Virus record (IMG/VR): IMGVR_UViG_3300030117_007673
Span: 1-64,000 of that record
Source of the DNA: a virus
DNA length: 64,000 nucleotides
Reading direction: 5' to 3' (one strand)
A program made the translations under genes and the position numbers. The notes under the pieces are model-generated. The model did no database searches and was not told the DNA's origin. It saw nothing but the letters and a program-made list of their open reading frames with translations. This document shows, one piece after another, positions 9,433 through 17,400 of the stretch. Position 1 is the stretch's first letter. Every line of letters starts with the position of its first letter.

Positions 9433-10272
9433 ATGATTAAGGCAATTGGAATTGTAGGACATGGCTTCGTTGGCCAGTCAACATCTTTTGGATTCAGTCC
9501 AGTGGTACCGGTATACGTATACGATAGAGATCCTATGAGAAGTGCTAACACTTTGGAGGAGACAGTAAATAATTCAGATATTATTTTTGTCAGTGTTCCT
9601 ACTCCAATGAATTCTGATGGTTCTATTAATTTGGATATAATTCATAATGCGTTTAAACAAATTAGCGAAGTGAACAAAAGAAAGGACAATGTTGTAATAC
9701 TGAAATCTACTGTTGTCCCAGGTACAACAAAAAAGTTAGCAAAAAAATATAATAAATTAAATATTGTATTCAATCCAGAGTTTTTAACGGAAAGAAAAGC
9801 TAAATTTGATTTTCTAAACCAATCTAGAATTGTTTTAGGCGGAGACAAAGAGCACGTTGCCAGGGTTGAAGAATTATATAAAATGAGGTTTAAAAATCAT
9901 AACTTTGTTAGAACAGACTACAGGACAGCTGAATTTATAAAATATTTTGGCAATGTTTTCTTTAGTGTTAAGGTATCATTCATGAATGAAATGAAAAGAG
10001 TTGCAAATGAGGTCGGAGTCGATTGGCAAAAAGCTTTACATGGCTTTGTCTCGGACGGTAGAATTGGAGATTCGCATTTAAATGTTCCAGGGCCTGACGG
10101 CAAGTTGGGTTTTGGAGGAAGCTGTTTTCCAAAAGATATCAACGCCTTCATTAGCTTTGCAGAAGATCTTGGATTGAATGTGAATGTTATAAAAGCAGCT
10201 TGGGAAACAAATCTTGAAGTAAGGCCTGAACGAGACTGGGAAGGTTTGAAAGGCCGCGCAGTAATTGAATAA
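9433..10272 (+). CDS. ugd: UDP-glucose/GDP-mannose dehydrogenase family protein lacking the C-terminal UDP-binding domain
   Basis: GIVGHGFVG, VPTP, KSTV, FNPEFL, AEFIKY and GFGGSCFPKD (catalytic Cys). Only 279 aa. Confidence 0.85.
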   Translation: MIKAIGIVGHGFVGQSTSFGFSPVVPVYVYDRDPMRSANTLEETVNNSDIIFVSVPTPMNSDGSINLDIIHNAFKQISEVNKRKDNVVILKSTVVPGTTKKLAKKYNKLNIVFNPEFLTERKAKFDFLNQSRIVLGGDKEHVARVEELYKMRFKNHNFVRTDYRTAEFIKYFGNVFFSVKVSFMNEMKRVANEVGVDWQKALHGFVSDGRIGDSHLNVPGPDGKLGFGGSCFPKDINAFISFAEDLGLNVNVIKAAWETNLEVRPERDWEGLKGRAVIE

Positions 10273-10289
10273 TAAAAAAGGAGAATAAA

Positions 10290-10511
10290 ATGAAACTTTC
10301 TAATCAAGCAATGGGTGCATTAATGATGGCGCTACAAAAATCTATCATGGATCAGAGTGATATGACTGGGCTATTAAAAGAACTTGACTTTTCTGTCGAC
10401 GAAAATGAACAACTGGTTGTTGAAAATCCTCCACTTGTTCGAGTTCCGAAAAAGGAAGTAGACGAGGATCCAATTATGCCAAGAGAGGACGATTTCTTCG
10501 GCAATGCCTAA
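10290..10511 (+). CDS. Hypothetical protein
   Basis: 73-aa ORF with an aggag RBS, coupled to the next gene. Confidence 0.7.
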   Translation: MKLSNQAMGALMMALQKSIMDQSDMTGLLKELDFSVDENEQLVVENPPLVRVPKKEVDEDPIMPREDDFFGNA

Positions 10512-10758
10512 GTATTTTTACCATTGTGAATCTTGCGATAAAAGATTTACAACTTTTCATCTAATGAGTGAAACATTGGAGCGCTGTGAAGAGTGCGGAA
10601 GTGAGGGTTTTTTGAAAAAACTACCTGTATTTCCTGTGAATGTAAAAAAGAAAAAAGGGCAAAAAAAGGTTGGCGAAGTGGTCAAGACACATATTGAAGA
10701 AACAAAAGTGGACATTAAAAAACAGAAAGAGGAGTTAAAAAAAGATTATAACCCATGA
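10504..10758 (+). CDS. FmdB-family zinc-ribbon protein
   Basis: MPKYFYHCESC...CEECGS matches MPxYxYxCxxC...CxxCG. Confidence 0.75.
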   Translation: MPKYFYHCESCDKRFTTFHLMSETLERCEECGSEGFLKKLPVFPVNVKKKKGQKKVGEVVKTHIEETKVDIKKQKEELKKDYNP

Positions 10759-11054
10759 GTTATGTAATTATCACATTGTTGGCTCTGTTAAACGTAGGGC
10801 TAATTTGGTATATAAGGAGCATTCTTAATAAGTTTGTTTTCTTATCTGAGAATATTGATGACTTATTTTATGATCTGAATTCATTTTCTCAACACTTAGA
10901 ATCTTTATACCAATTGGAAACATATTATGGAGATGCTACATTGGAGGCTTTAATAAGTCATTCTAAAAGTGTTGTAGAGGGTGTTAATAAATTCAAAGAT
11001 GTTTATTCTTTGGAGGAGATAGAGGAAAACGATGGCGAAGAAGAGGAAGAGTAA
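10755..11054 (+). CDS. Hypothetical membrane-anchored protein
   Basis: N-terminal hydrophobic helix, then a helical region and an acidic tail. Confidence 0.6.
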   Translation: MSYVIITLLALLNVGLIWYIRSILNKFVFLSENIDDLFYDLNSFSQHLESLYQLETYYGDATLEALISHSKSVVEGVNKFKDVYSLEEIEENDGEEEEE

Positions 11055-11724
11055 ATCAAAAAGATATTATTTTACCAAAGTTCATGAAGAAGCAATAGTG
11101 GACTATGCTAAGACAAATGATATCAAAATAAGGACTGAACTTTATATAGTTTATATACAGCCTGCATTTAGCGAGCTGGTGGACAAGATTGTGTTTACCT
11201 ACAAATTTTCAAACCTACCCAATATAGATTTATTGCGAGATGAATGTAAAATTTGGCTAACAACTATTCTTGATAAGTTTGATCCAGAAAAGGGGTCAAA
11301 AGCCTTCTCATATTTTAGTGTTATCACAAAGAACTGGTTTATTCACAAAGTAAAGAATAACACACAGCGCCATAAAAGGGAGATTCAGTTTGAAGATCTG
11401 TCAAAAGACGTTGAACACAACCACATGTCTGTTAGCGATCATTATGATAAAAAAAGAGAACAGGTTGAGTTTTGGGATAACCTTTGGAAACAAATTGAAT
11501 TTTGGAGCCAGGAAAATCTACGCACCAACGAGAGAAAAGTTTTAGAAGCGATAAAGATCCTACTTGAGAATTCCGATGATATTGAGATTTTTAATAAAAA
11601 AGCTATCTATCTTTATTTGAGAGAATTGACGGGCTTAAACACTAAACAAGTGGTCAACAATTTGAATAAAATGAGGGCAAGATATCAGGTTTTTAAAAAA
11701 GATTGGAATGAAGGAAAAATATAA
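11032..11724 (+). CDS. Phage sigma factor, T4 gp55-like (late transcription)
   Basis: KFDPEKGSKAFSYFSVITKN resembles sigma-70 region 2 as seen in gp55-type factors. Sits just upstream of the structural genes. Confidence 0.7.
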   Translation: MAKKRKSKSKRYYFTKVHEEAIVDYAKTNDIKIRTELYIVYIQPAFSELVDKIVFTYKFSNLPNIDLLRDECKIWLTTILDKFDPEKGSKAFSYFSVITKNWFIHKVKNNTQRHKREIQFEDLSKDVEHNHMSVSDHYDKKREQVEFWDNLWKQIEFWSQENLRTNERKVLEAIKILLENSDDIEIFNKKAIYLYLRELTGLNTKQVVNNLNKMRARYQVFKKDWNEGKI

Positions 11725-11730
11725 ATCATT

Positions 11731-11737
11731 CTAATTA
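11731..11737 (+). promoter_or_regulatory. Putative late-promoter motif CTAATTA
   Basis: Same motif recurs upstream of several genes (19934, 44291, 58137 and others). Confidence 0.45.
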
Positions 11738-11758
11738 CACTAGTAAGGAGCGATTTAT

Positions 11759-12043
11759 ATGAGCGAGCTGGACAAATATTTAGAAGAATCTATTGAAAAC
11801 ATTAGACAGGATAGAGATGTAACTAAATCTCTCCTGAAAGATGTCATGACATACCTTGCCGGCGATGAAACCAGGCATGGGCAAGTTGGCCAGATTGCGG
11901 CAAAATATGTTGAAACTCTACAAAGGTCAAACGAGCAGTTGGTGAAAATTGCAGCGTTAATCCAAAAGAAGACTAAATCTGATGTTGGTTTAACAGAAAA
12001 CGATAAGAACGAAATATTTGACTTAATTAAGGAATCTGGATAA
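11759..12043 (+). CDS. Hypothetical helical protein
   Basis: 94-aa ORF with an aaggag RBS. Confidence 0.7.
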   Translation: MSELDKYLEESIENIRQDRDVTKSLLKDVMTYLAGDETRHGQVGQIAAKYVETLQRSNEQLVKIAALIQKKTKSDVGLTENDKNEIFDLIKESG

Positions 12044-13393
12044 ATGACTAAGTATGGTAGCGGTGATTTAAATCCTCAAGCTCGAGCATTAGTGACCAGA
12101 GAGTATACTTCTGATTCGACATTTGATACTTTTATCCGTGACGCAGCCGCCCGAGCAACGCAAGAAGATATTTTTGCAAACGCTGGTCCTTTTAAAGCTG
12201 AAGTTCTTCGCGTTTGGAAAGAAGACGGTACAAACATTAATTCAGGATTTTGGACAGCTTTATTTGATGATGGCGTCGAGGGCGAAATAATTTTTATAAA
12301 AGCAAGGATTCCTGAAATTCATACATACCCTGTCGACACGGACGATGTTAAAAGTATAGAAATGCACCCAACTTTTGTATCTAAAAAACCAGGCATGACT
12401 GAGCCTCAAGTAGGCACTATAGTTTGGGTTGATTACGAAGACAGAAGAAATCTTACATTTCCAATTTATTTAGGCCCAGTCAACAGCACAGACGATCAAG
12501 TATCACAACAACTAAGCGAAGGGATTAGACGCACCGCGAAAGAACTCTATAATAATCCTGCCTCTCCCAGAAAACCGTTCATCTTTGGCGGAGGAAATCA
12601 TAAAATGAGGATAGGAGATCTCACAATTCAGTCTGACGATGTTTTTATGAATCTTAGCACAAACAAGCCCAGCGGTTATAAAAGAAAAAAGCCTCCAGAT
12701 ACAATCATTATTCATGAAAGCGCCGCAGGTCGCGTTTCGTTTGACGCAGGAAAGATACCTGATGGAGGTCGGAAATTGACACATAAGGCTCTGGAAAAAA
12801 ATACTTTGGGAGTCCATTTTGGTGTTGATAGATATGGTAAAGTGTTTCAATCTGCAGATCCTGTCCACAGGGTCCTATCGCACGCCAAAGAGTTCAATCC
12901 CGTATCTGTTGCAATTGAAATATATAATCCATTCAACACAGGGCTTGCAAGTAATTACAAAAACACGCCTGAACCGACCGACATAGTTATGCCCGGAATC
13001 CCTTTAGGGCACAAAGGCAACATTCTAATACCAAGTAGAAAGCAACTAGAATCAGCCTATAAACTTATTATTCATATAACTTCAACTATACCTTCCATTC
13101 CTCTAGGGTTCCCAGCTTTAGATTCTTCAATGATCTACACATGGGGTAATATGGAAGGTTTAAAACCAGGCGTGTCTAAAGGTGTTATAGCCCATGGGCA
13201 TTTTCACCATTCTGATGGAAAAGTAATAGAGTTTTATTCCATATTGAGGATTATGGGCATTTCCCCCGACACTGCGTGGAACATACTTATGGAAGAGATG
13301 GGAAAATCTGTTATTAAAGGAAAAAAACTTAAAAAGACTAACCTTGGCAATTTTGGTGGCACGATAGCTCAAGCGTTCGATTATTTCAGTTAA
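12044..13393 (+). CDS. Baseplate hub protein: gp5-like OB fold plus N-acetylmuramoyl-L-alanine amidase (Amidase_2)
   Basis: N-terminal IKARIPEIH...PQVGTIVWVDY...PIYLG is typical of the gp5/VgrG OB fold. C-terminal IIIHES, VHFGVDRYGKVFQ, SHA..FN..SVAIEI and VIAHG are Amidase_2 motifs. Confidence 0.7.
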   Translation: MTKYGSGDLNPQARALVTREYTSDSTFDTFIRDAAARATQEDIFANAGPFKAEVLRVWKEDGTNINSGFWTALFDDGVEGEIIFIKARIPEIHTYPVDTDDVKSIEMHPTFVSKKPGMTEPQVGTIVWVDYEDRRNLTFPIYLGPVNSTDDQVSQQLSEGIRRTAKELYNNPASPRKPFIFGGGNHKMRIGDLTIQSDDVFMNLSTNKPSGYKRKKPPDTIIIHESAAGRVSFDAGKIPDGGRKLTHKALEKNTLGVHFGVDRYGKVFQSADPVHRVLSHAKEFNPVSVAIEIYNPFNTGLASNYKNTPEPTDIVMPGIPLGHKGNILIPSRKQLESAYKLIIHITSTIPSIPLGFPALDSSMIYTWGNMEGLKPGVSKGVIAHGHFHHSDGKVIEFYSILRIMGISPDTAWNILMEEMGKSVIKGKKLKKTNLGNFGGTIAQAFDYFS

Positions 13394-13444
13394 GTACGGT
13401 AGCGGCGATAAAATTAAATTTGTATGATTTGAGGAAATTTTCAA

Positions 13445-14443
13445 TTGGCAGAAAAAAGAAAAAAAGTTGATCTTGCTAAGTTAAGAGAAAAGCAATTGAA
13501 GTACTTGCGAGAATTGCAAGGTCCTCCGACGAATGCTGGTGTTGGCAATAATCCTCGTCCTAATCCATATCCAATATATATTAAGGCTGCAAATGAAGTT
13601 GTTTACGGAAATGAAGGAACAGGAGCGCGTATTGTTCTCGGCGCGGATAGACCAGGGAATATTGTTAGCGGCCATGGCGGGATGGGAGAACAAAGATGCG
13701 CCGCAATTAGAATGGTCGCAGGTCCCATGGGAAGTTTTGCCACTTCAGTTGATATCAACACAGGAGACCAACTCTACGCAAGTCCCAGTAATGAATACGA
13801 CGCAGCAACTTGCTACGTAAGTGCTAATTCTGACGTTGATGACGACTTTAGACTTGCAGATGGTACAGTAGGAAACGTTAAAAATAGATCTGCTTTTGTT
13901 GCAAAAGCCGATGCTTTAAGGTTTATAAGTAGAGATGGTGGTATTAAGATTATTGCTGGAGGTGATAGGTACAACTCCAGAGGAGGGCAAATAGTTAGCG
14001 TTCCGGAAATTAATTTAATTGTTAACAATGACGAATCTGGTTTGCAGCCAATACCCAAAGGAGAGAACTTAAGAGAGGCTTTAATTAGGATGAATAAACA
14101 ACTACAAGATGTGACAAACGTTGTCAAGGGCCTCTTAGATTCTCAAATAGCTTATAATGCCACTTTGATGAACCACACGCACCCTATAGCTCCAACAACT
14201 ATTATGGTCCCCAATCCAGTTGGGCTGCCCCCATTTGTGCCAGGAGGCTTTATGGTTGGGACAACGACCCTTCCAAGTATAGAATGCGAGATACAAGGGG
14301 GGATTACAACAGGTATACAAAGCACTTTTCAGGCTCCTTCTTTGGCAATAAATGCAACAAATACAGCATTCTTTTCATTCAATTATTTTAGAAACCCCTC
14401 GAGCCCGAAATATATCAACAGCAGGAATGTAAAAACAACTTAA
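13445..14443 (+). CDS. Baseplate central spike-like protein
   Basis: Beta-rich core, then a coiled coil, then NHTHP (HxH apex motif like P2 gpV/phi92 gp138). Lies between the gp5-like and gp25-like genes. TTG start. Confidence 0.55.
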   Translation: MAEKRKKVDLAKLREKQLKYLRELQGPPTNAGVGNNPRPNPYPIYIKAANEVVYGNEGTGARIVLGADRPGNIVSGHGGMGEQRCAAIRMVAGPMGSFATSVDINTGDQLYASPSNEYDAATCYVSANSDVDDDFRLADGTVGNVKNRSAFVAKADALRFISRDGGIKIIAGGDRYNSRGGQIVSVPEINLIVNNDESGLQPIPKGENLREALIRMNKQLQDVTNVVKGLLDSQIAYNATLMNHTHPIAPTTIMVPNPVGLPPFVPGGFMVGTTTLPSIECEIQGGITTGIQSTFQAPSLAINATNTAFFSFNYFRNPSSPKYINSRNVKTT

Positions 14444-14444
14444 T

Positions 14445-17400
14445 ATGGCTACAATTTGGACAAAAAAAACTCCCGGACTTCCGTGGAAAGATGCAGAGAC
14501 AGGTGATTATCTCATTATCGCAGAGTTGACACCATCGATGGCTCAAGGTTCAATTCCCGGAACCGATATAGAATTTCATGAACAAATCGCTTTGCAGAAT
14601 GCACAAGATAACTTTTATGAATATTACGCTGCCAATCTTGTTGCAGTGGGGCAGGGAGATTCTATACCTTCAGCAGATAAAACTTTTGAAGTTGTAACAA
14701 AAAATGGAGTAAAACAAAAACACATTTCTCCAAGACCAAATGGTTCTGCTTTATACCTTATTCGTTATACAGGTGGAACAGGAGATCCGAAAGATATACC
14801 ACAGTTACCTAGGCAATCAATCACAGCTTTTTCGTCGAGTAATCCTGGTGTAGATACTAGTAACATATTAGTGTTTGATAGTTACAACGACTTTGCCAAG
14901 ATGATGGAGCTTGTGGCTAAAAAGTTAGAAGAATACGACAAGCAATTAAAAGAAGACAATCCGGACGGCATGAATTATTCTGGTCCAGCATTGTTGGGAT
15001 ATGGAAAATTTGATTTCTTAGCAGAAGCAGAGAGTTTAAGAAAGTTTTATACAGAGATATTTGATCTTTTTGAGAGAAACAATGTGCCTGAAACAGTGCC
15101 TTTCCAAATGTTGCACTCTGCAAATTTAATATCTGATGAACTGCTTCTAGGCCAGGGTTTGGAAAGATATTTAATTCAAGCTATCGCTTCGTTCGAAGAA
15201 AATGGAAATGGGTACGTTTTTAATGGCACAGAATACTTTTTTGGAGGCAAAACCCGCTGGAGAGCAGAATTTGGTTCTGAAGCCTCTACACTTCCTGGAA
15301 GAGAGCCCTTTACACTACCAAGAACAGCTAATTTTATTATAAACTTATCATCGATAGTAAACATCATGTTGTCAGGATATGGTGCAGACTCAATAGATGA
15401 TATTAATGTTGGCCCTGGTTGTAGTCTTCCACCACTAGCAGCGAAAGAAGAACCGATGCCACTGTTATCGTTTATGGAAAATGGTTTTGTGCAGCCAAAA
15501 CCTATTCTTTTGTTTAGCCTACAAGGGGATCCGATCAAGGTTTTCGATAAGCTGGCAAAACAAAATAAACCAGTTGTTAAAAAAAGCGAAAAAGATTCTA
15601 TTGAGAAGTTTATAAAAGAGGATCTGCTACGAGAGGCTGTAGCGAACAGAACTAAAAAAGCTGATGAATATGTTGGAGATTTTGTTTTTGAAAGTCTGCC
15701 TTCACCGCCAAACGATTTCCGAGAATTAAAAACTATTGATGATGTTTATGCATATATATTAAATCGTATCGACATACCGACTATTGCACAAGAGGCAATG
15801 GCATGTTTAGGACTTGTTTTATCTATTGAAGATTTGCTTGATATAGCCTGCGACAAATTATTGAGAGCTGTGTTTGGCGATATAAAAAGGCTTGAAAAAT
15901 TAATTGAATTTATGGAAAGCGGGGATCCTTTACTTGGAACAGCCTTTGCCGCCGCAGGTTTAGATCAACTTTCAAATGTCGACGCCGGCGGATCAATAGA
16001 CCAATTGACCAATGATTTAAGAAATTTTATAGCAGGCGAAATTGATACTGGAAACGATGTTGCCGATCAATTTTTCACAGAGGAGACATTAGGCGCTTTT
16101 GATGGCGATATAAAAGCTACAAAGAGGTTTATTTGCGAAGTTTTGATAATTGGCCCGTTTGTTGGCCTCGCAGCGCTTATTGCTTTGATAAAAAGATTAC
16201 GCCAACCCGAAAAACCACAACCTCCTGAAATACCTCCATTTAAAAAATGTGAGCCAGGTTTTACTATCCCTGATAATATTCCGATTCTTGACAGACTTTT
16301 GCAGTATTTGATAGATTTGGCTTTAGAAAAAGCAGAAGAATTATTAATGGAATTAATAATTCAACCGCTAAAAGAATTGTTGGAGAATTTATTTGCGGCC
16401 TGCCGCGATGACGACGAGTTTGAATATGGCACAACAGATCTAGATGACTTCCCTTATGATGACGACGTGTTTGACGCATATACAGATAACCTACCGGAAG
16501 ACTTTAATGTTAACGATTTTTTGAATGGCCTGTTCGCTTCTTTGACGCCAAATGAGTTGTGCTCTTTATATAAAGGCGAAGCAACAGAAGATTTATTAAA
16601 ATTTGTTTTAGATCATTTCAAAAACAACACCCCGGAAAATTCAAGTTTCTCACAAATAAACACTCTTGAAAAAGTTGTAATTTTCTTCATTGACTTGGGA
16701 GAAAAAACAGATTTGTCACGTTGTGATGAATTGTCCGAAGAAACAGATAGAGATTTAGATAGAACTTTGATAGACCTGTGTGATGATGGTACAGGATTTA
16801 GAGAAAGAATGATGGCTCAAGCTTTAATGCGGAGAGGATTGACAATAGAGGAAATAGAAGAACAATTATCACAAACAAATGAAATGAACAAAGATGTCGC
16901 AGGATCTTTATTGGATCTTCTGTCTGCAGCAGATCGAGCAGCAGAGATAGAAATAGACATGTCGGACGCCATGAAAGATTCAATTAAAGGTCCAGTGCTT
17001 AAAACACTGGAAGGTATGTTTGGAGCAGTTGAGAGACAATTTTTATCAGAAATGACATTATTTGTTCCTTTGGTTTCCACTAGAAAGCTTAATTTGATGA
17101 GATTCCTTGGTCTTGAACTTATTGAAAGCACGGACCCGTCAACCAACAACGGACTTTTTAGAGATATTTTAAATGATCAGACTGGTTATTATCACACGTT
17201 CGCATTAACCGCAAAGAAGCCTATTTTACTTCCCTATGGCGAAGGGATTAAAAAGCCGATTACTGATGTATATACGCCGTTCACAACGTCGGCGGCGAAG
17301 GGAGCCGTTTCAAAATATGAAGTTAGGTTTAGATTTTTAAAGCCTGGTGTAGATGATCCGTGGACCGGCGGCGCAGCCCAATCCAAAACCTCTATAGAAA

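Noticed and set aside
1-10272. Host O-antigen/capsule locus next to a prophage
   Set aside because: No wzx/wzy/wzz/kps genes, integrase or att-like boundary. Strand, gene packing and RBS style continue into the phage genes.
11759-12043. Small terminase (gp16-like)
   Set aside because: Only a general helical pattern and size match. No large terminase is adjacent and no specific motif was recognised.
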